This document shows positions 30,732 to 40,826 of a stretch of DNA of 64,000 bases, piece by piece (positions within the stretch are counted from its first letter, which is position 1; each line of letters starts with the position of its first letter). The DNA lies in assembly GCA_965243025.1 (NCBI GenBank), contig CBDETY010000003.1, positions 416,001 to 480,000 on the forward strand, in the 5' to 3' direction. The notes under the pieces are model-generated. The model was given only the letters and a program-made list of their open reading frames with translations. It did no database searches and had not been told where the DNA came from. Made by a program: the position numbers and the translations under genes. This stretch comes from Candidatus Latescibacterota bacterium (GTDB taxonomy: Bacteria; Latescibacterota; UBA2968; UBA8231).

Positions 30732-31862
30732 TCAGACAGGGTCCTGCCGTACCGGGCCGAGGTTGCGCCACCAGCGCAGCTCGTTGCTGCCGCGCTCGGC
30801 GCACGCCACCACGTCCAGGCGTCCGTCGCCGTCGATGTCGGCGGCGATCACCTCGCTGGCCTTGCTCCAGGGGGCCTTGAGCACCTGCATGTCCCACCGG
30901 CCCCGCGGGTCGCCCCGGTGCTTGAACAGCGCCAGCCGGCCCTGCGGTCCCCAGGCCGTGGCGAGCACTTCGAGCTGCCCGTCGCCGTCCAGGTCTGCGG
31001 CGACGGCATGGGTAGCGAGGGGGAACTCGTCGGCGATGACGTGTTTCCGCCACGCGTCGCCCTCCGTGTTTTCGTACCAGGCGATCTGGGCTCCCGGGGT
31101 CTCCAGGGAGTCTTTGCGCGAGTCGTTCCCCCGGGCGGCGACGAGCACGTCGACGCCGCCGTCCCCGTCCATGTCGACGATGTCCCCGTGGTTGGGCCTG
31201 ACCGTCGTGTCGTCGATGACGTGACGGGGCCACGGGCCGCTCGAAGGGTTCCCGGTGTTCTCGTACCAGGCCAGCAGGTTCACCCCCCCGGCGGTGCCCA
31301 CGAGATCGAGGCGGCCGTTGCCGTTGACGTCGGCCGCCCGCACCATGCGCGTCTCGGCGACGTTCGAGTCGATGATCGTCTCGCGCCACTCGCCGCCGCG
31401 GCGGTCGAACCAGGAGAACCGGTTCCCCTTGATCCAGCTGGAAGCGGCGACCTCGAGCTCGCCGTCGCCGTCGAAGTCGGCCGCCTCGACGTCGTAAGCC
31501 CCCGGCAGCCCTCCCTCGCATATGTAGTGGTGGGACCAGGAGTCCGCCCGGCGGGGGTCGCCGTCGAATTCGAACCAGAGGACGCTGCCGCCGATGTTGT
31601 CGATGTTGACGATCTCCGGCCTGCCGTCGCCGTTGATGTCGGCGACCGCGTGGCGTTCCAGCCACTCCCCCGGCCGGGTGTGAACGACGTGCCTGGTGAA
31701 GTTGCCGGCGCCGTCGTTCTCGTACCAGTACAGCCCCACGCCCGTGTCGGTGCTGACGAGGTCCGGGGAGCCGCTCCCGGTCAGATCGACGGCGGAGACC
31801 CCGATGGTGTACTCGTAGCCGTCGGCAATGAGCCTCTCGTCGAATTTGACGAATTCGTTCAC
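30732..31862 (-). CDS. FG-GAP/VCBS repeat beta-propeller protein
   Basis: Repeated ADxxGDGxxD/E motifs followed by WYEN; no evident signal peptide. Confidence 0.85.
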   Translation of the reverse strand: MNEFVKFDERLIADGYEYTIGVSAVDLTGSGSPDLVSTDTGVGLYWYENDGAGNFTRHVVHTRPGEWLERHAVADINGDGRPEIVNIDNIGGSVLWFEFDGDPRRADSWSHHYICEGGLPGAYDVEAADFDGDGELEVAASSWIKGNRFSWFDRRGGEWRETIIDSNVAETRMVRAADVNGNGRLDLVGTAGGVNLLAWYENTGNPSSGPWPRHVIDDTTVRPNHGDIVDMDGDGGVDVLVAARGNDSRKDSLETPGAQIAWYENTEGDAWRKHVIADEFPLATHAVAADLDGDGQLEVLATAWGPQGRLALFKHRGDPRGRWDMQVLKAPWSKASEVIAADIDGDGRLDVVACAERGSNELRWWRNLGPVRQDPV

Positions 31863-32157
31863 AGGTCTCTCCACCGGGCGGGGGAATGGACAGTCAGTCC
31901 GGCACTTGCGCTGCGGCAGCGGCCGGCCCTCCCCCGGATGCCCCCGGCAGGATGGTTCGGAAATCCGGGACAAGGGTTTGCATGAAGCAGGTTATGCTCG
32001 GTATCGTCAAGGATCAGGAGGGAGGAAGGCGGATGTGACCGGCACCCGGGGCCGAGACCCGGTTGCCGAAGGCCGCGGTACCCGCAAAGACTCTTTCCCG
32101 GGGCGCCATCACGGGGCGCGAGAAAATCCACGGCTGATACCAGAAGAGGGAGGAACG

Positions 32158-33063
32158 ATGACAGATCGACTCGAGGTGATCGCCGACGACGGCAACCTGG
32201 TAGGGGAAGGCCCGATCTGGGACGGGGAGCGCAACCGCCTGCTGTGGACGGACATCTCCAGCTCGCTGGTCTACCAGATCGACGCCGGCGGCAACAAGAG
32301 CATCATCAACCGCGGCCTCGTCGTGAACGGCATCGGCCTCAACGGCGACGGCCGCCTCGTCTTCTCGGGGGCGGACGGGCTGTTCCTGTGGAGCGGGGAA
32401 GGGGAGTACCGGAACATCGCCTCGGAACACGAAGGGGAGGCCCTCTCCTTCAACGACATGATCGTCGGTCCGCAGGGGCGGGTGTACGCCGGGACCATGT
32501 ACTGGGGGGACGAGGGCAAGGAGAAGGACGGCAAGCTCTACCTGTTCGACGCCGGAGGCGGCGTCGAGGTCGTCGCCGAGGGGATCGAGCTGTCCAACGG
32601 CCTGGGGTTCAGCCCTGACGAGGGGACCCTCTACTACTCCGATTCCGCCTCCCGCAGGATCTACGCCTTCGACGTCGACGCTGGCACCGGCAGGCTGGAG
32701 AACCGGCGGGTGTTCGTGCAGGTGCCCCGCGACGAGGGGATTCCCGACGGCATGACCGTCGACGCCGAGGGCTTCGTCTGGAGCGCCCAGTGGTACGGCG
32801 AGCAGGTGGTCCGCTACGATCCGGACGGCAGGGTGGAGCGCCGCCTGCCGATGCCGGTGAAACAGGTCTCCGCCGTCGCCTTCGGCGGACCGGACCTCGA
32901 CGAGCTCTACATCACCAGCGCCGGGGAATCCTGGCCGAGCGACGCCGCCCCACCGGGGTACGACTCAGCGGCGCCGAACATCGGCGGCCCCCTCTACCGG
33001 CTGCGCGTTGACGTCAGGGGCAAGCCGGAATTCCGCGCCGCCTTCGAGCAGGGGAGCGGGTAA
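32158..33063 (+). CDS. SMP-30/gluconolactonase/LRE family protein
   Basis: GEGPIWD, FND, SNGLGFSPD, PDGMTVDAEG, FGGPDLDELYITSA. Confidence 0.92.
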   Translation: MTDRLEVIADDGNLVGEGPIWDGERNRLLWTDISSSLVYQIDAGGNKSIINRGLVVNGIGLNGDGRLVFSGADGLFLWSGEGEYRNIASEHEGEALSFNDMIVGPQGRVYAGTMYWGDEGKEKDGKLYLFDAGGGVEVVAEGIELSNGLGFSPDEGTLYYSDSASRRIYAFDVDAGTGRLENRRVFVQVPRDEGIPDGMTVDAEGFVWSAQWYGEQVVRYDPDGRVERRLPMPVKQVSAVAFGGPDLDELYITSAGESWPSDAAPPGYDSAAPNIGGPLYRLRVDVRGKPEFRAAFEQGSG

Positions 33064-33395
33064 TGCAGCGGGTGGCGTTCGTAATGCAGGTGAAGCCGGG
33101 GCAGGAGGAGGAGTACGTCCGCCGCCACCGCGAGGTCTGGCCGCAGGTCGAGGCCGACCTGAAGCGGGCCGGCGTGCACAGGATGAGCATCTTCATGTCC
33201 GGGCGGCAGCTGTTCCTGTACATGGAGGTCGAGGATTACGCCGCGGCCTGCGAGGTCCTCGAGAGCAGCCCGGAGTCGGTGCGCTGGGAGGAGTACATGG
33301 CGCCGATCATGGAGAACGCCGGGGGGGAGGAGTACGACCCGGCGAACCCGTACCCCGAGGGGTTGCCGGAGGTCTATTCCTGGGAAGCCTGCTGA
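33063..33395 (+). CDS. L-rhamnose mutarotase family protein
   Basis: EEYVRRHREVWP, SIF, LFLYMEV, RWEEYM. Confidence 0.85.
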   Translation: MQRVAFVMQVKPGQEEEYVRRHREVWPQVEADLKRAGVHRMSIFMSGRQLFLYMEVEDYAAACEVLESSPESVRWEEYMAPIMENAGGEEYDPANPYPEGLPEVYSWEAC

Positions 33396-33498
33396 CGGCC
33401 GGTCGGGAGGTTGAGGGCCGGCAGGGTTGGCAAACGCCCCAAGCCTGCCGGCGGACTCGAAGGTGGAATTTCGGCCGGGTCGAGGCGGTCCCGGGCGA

Positions 33499-34860
33499 TC
33501 AGTCCGTACCAGGGGCGCAGCCCGCGGCGAGCCCCGCCTCCTGCTGCAGGCGCAGCTCGAGGGCGGGGGACTCGGCCAGCTCGACGTCGTCCCGGGTGAT
33601 CAGCCCGTCCTCGGCGACGTCCCGCCTCAGCACGGCGCCGCGCGAAAGCCCGACCGGCAGCAGGTTCTCCGCTCCGGCCACCGACGCCTTCTCGAGCAGT
33701 CCGTAGATGCAGAAGCCCCCCTCTCCGTCGAGCGTGGTCCCCGCCTTCAGCGGCTTCTTCGCCGCCGACACGACCTCGGCGTGCCAGCCGATCGGGGAGC
33801 CGCAGGTCTGGTTGTCGAGCATGATTGTCGCCACCGAAATCGGCATCTCGTGGCCGATCCAGTGCTGCGGCCGGTAGATCATCGCGTAGTTGCTGCGCTT
33901 TCCGATGATCATGCCGATGATCTCCCCGTACGATCCCAGCGATTCCGCGGCGAACCCGGTCGGCCCATCGACGACGCAGTAGAGGCCGCCGCGCAGGCTG
34001 CGCTCGACCGCGGCCTCGTTCTCGTCGATGGAGCTGACCGCCTCGACCACCCCTTCCTGCGAGAGCACCCCGCCCCTGTCGCGGTGGCAGACGACGTCGG
34101 GGATGTCGCGCAGGTCGGAGCAGGGGAAGTGCATGCCGCGCACGTCCGGCACGAGGCCGGACATGTTGGCGAGACAGGCCATCTCGATGGCGTGCTTGGT
34201 GCCGTCGAGGAAGCTGCCGAACATCTGCGCGTTGTAGTCGTCGCCGGTGAAGCCGTAGAGCCGCGGCACGTCGTCGGGGTTGGCCTTGCGGAACGCGGTT
34301 CTGAAGCGCGTCCCCTTGCCGGCGGCGACCACCCGGAAGCCGAGGGCGCGGGCCCAGTCCCACAAGCCCAGGGCTACCGCCGGCTCGTCGCCGTACGCGG
34401 CGCTGTAGAGGACCCCGGCCTCGTCGGCGAGCCGTTTCAGCTGCCAGCCGGCGACGACGTCCGCCTCGACCGTCACCATCACCACGTGCTTGCCGGCGGC
34501 GATGGCGTCGCGCGCGTGGCCGGCCCCGGCCTCGACGTTGCCGGTGGCCTCGATGACGACGTCGACGCCGCTTTCGACCAGGACCCGGGCCTCCCGGGTG
34601 ACGGCGAAGCGCCGGGAAGCGATGGCCGCGTCGACCGCGTCAGGTGTGTCCGCCTCGACCACCTCGCAGTCTCCGGCGCCGCCGATGCGGAAGGCGCGCA
34701 CCCCCTTGTCCGGGTCGAGCTCGGCGATGACGGCCAGGCGCATCCCGGGGGCCGCGGCCATCTGCGAGGCGATCTGGGTGCCGAAGGTGCCGGCGGCGAT
34801 GAGGCCGACCTGGATCGGCTCGCCCCTCTCCTCCCGTTCGCGCAGCCGCTGGTAGAGCAT
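33499..34860 (-). CDS. NAD(P)-dependent oxidoreductase with C-terminal SAF domain (homoserine dehydrogenase-like)
   Basis: GLIAAGTFG, EATG, GKHVVM..VEAD, GDEP, DGTK, LDGEGGF. Confidence 0.85.
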   Translation of the reverse strand: MLYQRLREREERGEPIQVGLIAAGTFGTQIASQMAAAPGMRLAVIAELDPDKGVRAFRIGGAGDCEVVEADTPDAVDAAIASRRFAVTREARVLVESGVDVVIEATGNVEAGAGHARDAIAAGKHVVMVTVEADVVAGWQLKRLADEAGVLYSAAYGDEPAVALGLWDWARALGFRVVAAGKGTRFRTAFRKANPDDVPRLYGFTGDDYNAQMFGSFLDGTKHAIEMACLANMSGLVPDVRGMHFPCSDLRDIPDVVCHRDRGGVLSQEGVVEAVSSIDENEAAVERSLRGGLYCVVDGPTGFAAESLGSYGEIIGMIIGKRSNYAMIYRPQHWIGHEMPISVATIMLDNQTCGSPIGWHAEVVSAAKKPLKAGTTLDGEGGFCIYGLLEKASVAGAENLLPVGLSRGAVLRRDVAEDGLITRDDVELAESPALELRLQQEAGLAAGCAPGTD

Positions 34861-34866
34861 GGGCCG

Positions 34867-35637
34867 TTACTCCTCGAGGCGCTGCCAGCGCAGCACCTGC
34901 CTGGCGTGGTCGGACAGGGACTCCCAGAGCTCGCGGGAGAAGTGGGCCTGGGTGTTCTCGTGCTGCCAGCGGCTGAAGACCCAGGAGCTGCTCATCGCCA
35001 TGCAGATCTCGTCGCGCGGGCTGTCGGAGCGGTTGGGGGTGCCGCGGTGGATGACGCGGTTGTCGTGCACCCACAGGGAACCCTTGCGCAGGTTGAGCCG
35101 GCGCGAGGTGAACCGCTCGCTGAAGGCGGCGCCGTGGCCGAAGAGGTCGTCGAGGTTTTCGGCGGGCAGCTCGCCGACGTACTGGGTGCAGGGCATCACC
35201 TCGAAGCTGCCGTTCTCCTCGGAGGTGTCGCACAGGGGGAACTTGACCCCGACCTGGTAGCAGGGGGTGGCGATGCCCGGGAGCAATTCGTTGATGCCGT
35301 CCCGGTGCCAGCGCTGGTAGTCGGTCCCCGGCAGCGGGATGTTCGAGTCGAACACGAACCAGACGTAGTCCTCGCCGAGGATCTCCCCGAGAAAGGCCAC
35401 GAGGTCGGGGTGCTCGAAGATCTCCTCGTCGAAAAAGGGGGGCTCGTACGGCACCGGCACGTTGTAGCGGCCCCGGCCCCGGAGGGGGTTCTCCCCCTGC
35501 CTTTCGATGTCGGCGTCGCGGACCGGCTCCCAGGCCTCGAGGATGCGGTCGATCTTTTCGTCCGGGATCAGGTCCTCGAAGACGACGAACCCGTTGATGC
35601 GGAACTGCTGGACCCTGGCGGCGGCGTCCGGGCTCAT
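34867..35637 (-). CDS. PhyH family dioxygenase (tandem copy B)
   Basis: QRWHRDG, EENGSFE, IHRGTPNRS. Confidence 0.85.
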   Translation of the reverse strand: MSPDAAARVQQFRINGFVVFEDLIPDEKIDRILEAWEPVRDADIERQGENPLRGRGRYNVPVPYEPPFFDEEIFEHPDLVAFLGEILGEDYVWFVFDSNIPLPGTDYQRWHRDGINELLPGIATPCYQVGVKFPLCDTSEENGSFEVMPCTQYVGELPAENLDDLFGHGAAFSERFTSRRLNLRKGSLWVHDNRVIHRGTPNRSDSPRDEICMAMSSSWVFSRWQHENTQAHFSRELWESLSDHARQVLRWQRLEE

Positions 35638-36428
35638 CGGGTCTCCTCTACGCGCATCAGCCGCAGCACCTGCCTGCCGTGGTCGGGCAGGGACTCCCAC
35701 AGGGCGCGCGGGAAGTGGCTGGCGGTCTCCTCGTGCAGCCACCGGTTGAACAGGAAGGGGCGCGACATCGCCATGCAGAGCTCGTCGCGCGGGAGGCCGG
35801 AGCGGTTGGGAGTGCCGCGGTGGTAGTTGCGGCCGTCCTGCATCCACAGGGAGCCCTTGCGCAGGTTGAGACGGACCGGCTTGAAGGCGGGGTTCGAGTC
35901 CGCACCCCTGCCGAGCACCTCGTCGAGGTCCTCCCGCGGCAGCACCTCCTCGGTGACGTACTGGGTGCAGGGCATCACCTCGAAGCTGCCGTTCTCCTCC
36001 GAGGTGTCGCACAAGGGGAACTTGACCCCGATGGTGGTGGCCGGGGTCATGATGCCGGGGAAGAGGTTGGCGCGGCCGTCGCGGTGCCAGTTCTGGTAGT
36101 CGGTTCCCGGCAGCGGGATGTTGGAATCGAAGTGGGTCCAGACGTAGTCGTCGCCGAGCGCCTGCCGGAGAAAGGCGGCGACCGCGGGATGCTCGAAGAT
36201 CTCCGGGTCGACGAAGGGCTCGCGGAAGGGGACCCGGACATTGTAGCGGCCCCGGCCCCGGGGCGGGTTCTCCCCCTGCCTTTCGATGCCGGCGTCGCGG
36301 ACCGGCACCCAGGCCTCGAGGATGCGGTCGATCTTTTCGTGCGGGATCAGGTCCTCGAAGACCGTGAACCCGTTGATGCGGAACTCGAGGAGCCTGGCGT
36401 CGATGTCGTATTCGCAGGAGGCGGTCAC
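35634..36428 (-). CDS. PhyH family dioxygenase (tandem copy A)
   Basis: QNWHRDG, EENGSFE, YHRGTPNRS. Confidence 0.85.
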   Translation of the reverse strand: MTASCEYDIDARLLEFRINGFTVFEDLIPHEKIDRILEAWVPVRDAGIERQGENPPRGRGRYNVRVPFREPFVDPEIFEHPAVAAFLRQALGDDYVWTHFDSNIPLPGTDYQNWHRDGRANLFPGIMTPATTIGVKFPLCDTSEENGSFEVMPCTQYVTEEVLPREDLDEVLGRGADSNPAFKPVRLNLRKGSLWMQDGRNYHRGTPNRSGLPRDELCMAMSRPFLFNRWLHEETASHFPRALWESLPDHGRQVLRLMRVEETR

Positions 36429-36658
36429 TGTCGTCTCAGGTTCGTTGCAGGCGAGCCACCCGGAAGCGGGGGTTCCGGCCGCGGGCAGGAGGTGCGCGGG
36501 ATTGCCCGTCCCCGGGCCGCGCGGTCAGGCTCGGGTCGTGGCGGCGGCGGGCGAATATAGATTCCCCTCCGAAGGGTTGACAACCGGTTCCGGGCCGGGC
36601 GGTATTTGCGGCCGCATCAAAGTTCGCGCCCCCCATACCCCAGAGACAGGGAGGTCCG

Positions 36659-37609
36659 ATGAAGGCAGTCATGGCCTTCGACCTCGGGGAGGAGTTCGTC
36701 GCCGACCTGCGCGCCTCCTTCCCCCAGGTCGAGTTCGCCCTCGCCTACAGCGAGGAGGGGCAGCTCGCGCAGGCCCCGGACGCCGAGATCTTCTTCGGCA
36801 CCATCAGCCGCGAAGCGTTTCTCGCCGCCGCCCGGCTGAAGTGGTACCAGTACATCGGCATCGGCTTCGACACCGAACTGCGCCGCGTCCCGGAGCTGAT
36901 CGACAGCCCCGTGGTCATGACGGTGAGCCGGGAGACGCACGTGGTCCCGATGGCCGATTACGTCTTCGCGATGATCCTGTCGTTCGCCCACTGCATCCCC
37001 GGGCTGATCGAGGATCAGAAGGCACGCCGCTGGGACCCGCACAAATGGGCGGTCACCGAGCTTGCGGGCTCGACGATGGGGGTGCTGGCCATGGGGGACA
37101 TCGGCAGGGCGGTGGCGCGCCGGGCGCAGGGGTTCGACATGGAGGTGTACGCCGTCGACCTCGCGCCGATGGAGCCGCCGCCGGGAGTCCGCGAGGTGTG
37201 GGGCCCCGAACGACTCGACGACCTGCTGAAGATATCGGACTGGTTCGTCGTCACGGCGCCGCGCACTCCGGAGACCGAGGGGCTGATCGACGCCCGCCGC
37301 TTCGGGATCATGAAGCGCAGCGCCCACCTGATCGTCGTCTCCCGCGGCGGCATCGTCGACGAGGAGGCGCTCGCCGCCGCCCTCGCCTCGGGAGAGATCG
37401 CCGGGGCCGGCTGCGACGCCCTGTGGCCGGAACCGCCGGCGCCGGACAGCCCCCTGTGGGACCTTCCCAACATGCTGATCTCGCCGCACTCGTCCGCCCA
37501 CTCGCCGCAGATGTGGGAGCGGCGCAGGCAGATCTTCAAGGAGAACCTGGGCCGCCACCTGGCGGGCGAGCCCCTGATGTTCGTCTGCGACAGAAAGAGA
37601 GGATACTGA
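36659..37609 (+). CDS. D-2-hydroxyacid dehydrogenase
   Basis: MGDIGRAVA, P.TPETEGLI, SRGGIVDE, ISPH. Confidence 0.9.
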   Translation: MKAVMAFDLGEEFVADLRASFPQVEFALAYSEEGQLAQAPDAEIFFGTISREAFLAAARLKWYQYIGIGFDTELRRVPELIDSPVVMTVSRETHVVPMADYVFAMILSFAHCIPGLIEDQKARRWDPHKWAVTELAGSTMGVLAMGDIGRAVARRAQGFDMEVYAVDLAPMEPPPGVREVWGPERLDDLLKISDWFVVTAPRTPETEGLIDARRFGIMKRSAHLIVVSRGGIVDEEALAAALASGEIAGAGCDALWPEPPAPDSPLWDLPNMLISPHSSAHSPQMWERRRQIFKENLGRHLAGEPLMFVCDRKRGY

Positions 37610-37615
37610 ACCCGC

Positions 37616-38359
37616 ATGGCACTTACCGAAGCGATCGTCGTCAACTGGAGGGAATCGCGCACCTATCTCGGCCACGACAACGCCGTCGTGTCACCGATAC
37701 TGACCCCGGCAGGAGGGGACAACGGCATCTCCTCCTGCCTGCAGTACATCGGCGCCTTCGCCAGACATTCGCTGCAGGGGCGCAAGAACTCCGACAACCA
37801 CTCCCACGACAGCGCCGAGCAGTACTACTACATCCTTTCGGGGGAAGGGGAGGTGCTGATCGGCGACGAGCGCCACCCGGTGCGGGAGGGCTCGGTCACC
37901 TACTTCCCGCCCGGAACGCCGCACCAGTACCTCAACGAAGGCACCGACGACTGGGCCGAGCACCTGATCATCACCTTCCCGACGGAGCGGACCGGCAGCG
38001 CCCCGCGGGTGCTCAACTGGCGCGACGTGACCCCGGCCTTCGGCGTCCACGGCGACGCGGTTACCTGGAAGCTGCTGGAATCGGTCGACGAGCCGGAGCC
38101 GGACACCGACCGGCCCTGCCTGCTGAAGTCATACTACCTGGCCAGACAGGCGGTCATGCGCGGCAAGGCTTCGGATTTTCACGTCCACGACGACAAGGAG
38201 CAGGTCTACTACATCCTCGAGGGAGAGGGGCTGGTGATCGCCGACCGCTGGGTGCACCGGGTCGGGGAAGGGGACACCGTGTACCTGCCGCGCGGCGTCG
38301 CCCACCAGATAATCAACGAGGGGTACGACGGCTGGCTGTCGTACCTCGTGGTCAGCTGA
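37616..38359 (+). CDS. Bicupin-domain protein
   Basis: HSHDSAEQYYYILSGEG...PH and HVHDDKEQVYYILEGEG...AH. Confidence 0.85.
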   Translation: MALTEAIVVNWRESRTYLGHDNAVVSPILTPAGGDNGISSCLQYIGAFARHSLQGRKNSDNHSHDSAEQYYYILSGEGEVLIGDERHPVREGSVTYFPPGTPHQYLNEGTDDWAEHLIITFPTERTGSAPRVLNWRDVTPAFGVHGDAVTWKLLESVDEPEPDTDRPCLLKSYYLARQAVMRGKASDFHVHDDKEQVYYILEGEGLVIADRWVHRVGEGDTVYLPRGVAHQIINEGYDGWLSYLVVS

Positions 38360-38370
38360 GGGAGGAGACC

Positions 38371-39414
38371 ATGATTACCCGTCACCCCGACGTCCTTCGC
38401 GGCGACATCGCCCGCGTGCTGAGCGCCGCCGGCGCCGACGGCCGCAACGTCGAGATCGTCGCCGGCCACCTCACAGGGGCGGAGCTGTGCGGCGTCCAGA
38501 CCCACGGGATCTTCCAGATTCCGTCGTACATCGAGCAGATCGAGAAGAAGGAGCTGATCCCCGACGCCTGGCCCGAACTGCTCAGCGACTCCGGCAACCG
38601 CGCCGCGGTCACCGGCAACGTCGGCTTCGGCCACGCCGCCGCCGACTTCTCGTTGCGGCTGGCGGTGCAGAAAGCCCGCGACCACGGCCTCTCCCTCGTC
38701 GGGCTCGTCAGGGCCAACCACATAGGCCGCCTCGGCCACTACGCCGAGATCGCCGCCGGGCAGGGGATGATCTCGATGATCTGGGGATCGGGGTACTCGG
38801 TGACCAGCGCCCGGGCGGCCCCGTTCGGGGGCCGCGACCGCGTCCTCGACACCAACCCCTACTGCGTCGGCATCCCCGCCGGGGAGGGCAGGCCCCCGGT
38901 GATCGTCGACTTCGCAACTACTGCGGGTTCCGCGGTGAAGGTGATGAACGCGCAGCGCCGCGGCGAAGAGCTGCCTCCCGGGATGATCGTCGACAGCGAG
39001 GGCAGGCCGACCACCGACCCCGGAGACTTCTACGGCGGCGGGGCGCTCGCCCCGTTCGGCGGCCACAAGGGGTACGCGATCATGACCGTCGTCGAGCTTA
39101 TGGGCCGGGTGTTCGCCGGGGCGGACGGCCACGCCCGCGAGGGGGAGGGGACGCCGATGATGCGCCACCAGGGAGTGACCTTCCTGGTGCTGCGCGCCGA
39201 CGCCCTCGGGCCGATGGATGAGTTCCTCGCCCGCGCCGGGGCCACCCTCGACGGCATCAGCGGCAGCGAGCCGGCCGCCGGTTTCGACGAGGTGCTCTAC
39301 CCCGGTCAGAAAGAGGAGGCGACGCGGCGCAGGTGGGCCGAAGGCATCCCGCTGGCCGAGGACGTCTGGGAGATGTTCACCCAAGCGGCGCTGAAGGTCG
39401 GGGTCGAGCTGTAG
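38371..39414 (+). CDS. Ldh_2 (malate/L-lactate/ureidoglycolate dehydrogenase) family oxidoreductase
   Basis: GVQTHG, NHIGRLGHY, TNP, FGGHKGY, YPG. Confidence 0.9.
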   Translation: MITRHPDVLRGDIARVLSAAGADGRNVEIVAGHLTGAELCGVQTHGIFQIPSYIEQIEKKELIPDAWPELLSDSGNRAAVTGNVGFGHAAADFSLRLAVQKARDHGLSLVGLVRANHIGRLGHYAEIAAGQGMISMIWGSGYSVTSARAAPFGGRDRVLDTNPYCVGIPAGEGRPPVIVDFATTAGSAVKVMNAQRRGEELPPGMIVDSEGRPTTDPGDFYGGGALAPFGGHKGYAIMTVVELMGRVFAGADGHAREGEGTPMMRHQGVTFLVLRADALGPMDEFLARAGATLDGISGSEPAAGFDEVLYPGQKEEATRRRWAEGIPLAEDVWEMFTQAALKVGVEL

Positions 39415-39552
39415 CGAAGGGTGTAGCGCGAACGTGGGGTCCGGGGGGCCGGAAGGTGCGGCCAGCATGGCGCCTGCGGCCCGCGGTCCGCCCAGGGAAT
39501 CGGACGAACCTCCCCGGTTCGCCCGGACAAGCTCACCGAAGGCGGGGAACTC

Positions 39553-40569
39553 TCAGGAATAGAGATCGGCCACGTACTCTTCGTAGCCGTTGTAGAGCAG
39601 GGTAGGCCGCCACTCCCAGACCCCGATCATGCGCTCCTGCGCCTGCGACCAGCGCGGGTGGGGCACGTCGGGATTGACGTTCAGCCAGAAATCGTACTCC
39701 CGGGAATTTACGATGTTCCAGAAGTTGGCCGGCTGCTCGGCGACGAACTCGATGCGGACCACCGACTTGATGCTCTTCATGCCGTACTTCCAGGGAACGA
39801 TCAGCCGTATCGGGGCGCCGTGCTGCACCGGCAGCTCGTGCCCGTAGATGCCGGTCACCATCATGGTCAGCTCGTTGAGCGCCTCCGGCATCGACAGCCC
39901 CTCGACGTACGGCCAGGGCAGTTCCGGGGTGTTCCACTGGCCGCGGGCGTTCTCGGTGTCGAAGAAGCTGGTGAAGCGGACGAACTTCGCCGAGGAGAGC
40001 GGTTGGGCGAGGTCGATCAGGGCCCGCATGGGGAACCCCGTCCACGGCACCGCCATCGACCAGGCCTCGACGCAGCGGAAGCGGTAGAGCCTCTCTTCCA
40101 GCGGCATGCGGCGGACGAGGTCGTCGACGTCGAACGTCGCCGGCTTGTCGACGAGCCCCGATATCTCCACCGTCCACGGCCGCGTCTCGAAGTGGTCGAC
40201 GAACAGGTGCACCTGCTTCGACTGGGTGAACTCGTAGAAGTTGTTGTAGCGGCCCGCGACTTCCTCCTCGGTCAGGGGGCGGTCCAGGGTGTCGAACTCG
40301 GGGTTGAGCTCCGCCGGATAGAGGGGATTGCCCCCCTCGGGCGCGGCCGGCTCCTGCCCGGACGGCTCCTGCAGCGTCGGGAGGGCCGTTTCCTCTTCCG
40401 GTTCCGGGTCGACGGGAGTGATGATTCTATCGCTGCCGCAGCCGGCCGCCAGCCCCAGTCCGGCCAGGCCGGCCGAGCGCAGGAACCTGCGGCGGTTCAG
40501 GAAGACCTCTTCCGGGGTCGCCTCCCGTTCCGGTATTTCCCATCCCCGCCTGCGCCGAATACCTGTCAT
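39553..40569 (-). CDS. msrP: Protein-methionine-sulfoxide reductase catalytic subunit MsrP
   Basis: TPEEVFLNRRRFL Tat motif, YNNFYEF, ERLYRFRCVEAWSM, GAPIRLIVPWKYG.KSIK, HPRWSQA. Confidence 0.92.
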   Translation of the reverse strand: MTGIRRRRGWEIPEREATPEEVFLNRRRFLRSAGLAGLGLAAGCGSDRIITPVDPEPEEETALPTLQEPSGQEPAAPEGGNPLYPAELNPEFDTLDRPLTEEEVAGRYNNFYEFTQSKQVHLFVDHFETRPWTVEISGLVDKPATFDVDDLVRRMPLEERLYRFRCVEAWSMAVPWTGFPMRALIDLAQPLSSAKFVRFTSFFDTENARGQWNTPELPWPYVEGLSMPEALNELTMMVTGIYGHELPVQHGAPIRLIVPWKYGMKSIKSVVRIEFVAEQPANFWNIVNSREYDFWLNVNPDVPHPRWSQAQERMIGVWEWRPTLLYNGYEEYVADLYS

Positions 40570-40826
40570 CGTATCCTCGTAATGACCCAGGTGTTGCCGC
40601 CCGTCGAGTTGCAGCCGGCGGCTGTCCGAAAAAGCTCGAAGCTCGATTCCGCGTCGCGGCAAACCGCAGTTGGCGTCCCCGACAATGTAAGGATGTTCTA
40701 ATCGCCGATCATGCCCCCCTGTCGGGAAGCGACGCGCCTCGCCGGCCCCCCGGTTGCTTCCGCTGAGCCATCGAAGCGATCTTACCCCCGCCGACACCGC
40801 CCAAAACAGGGTCGCAAATCTACACA

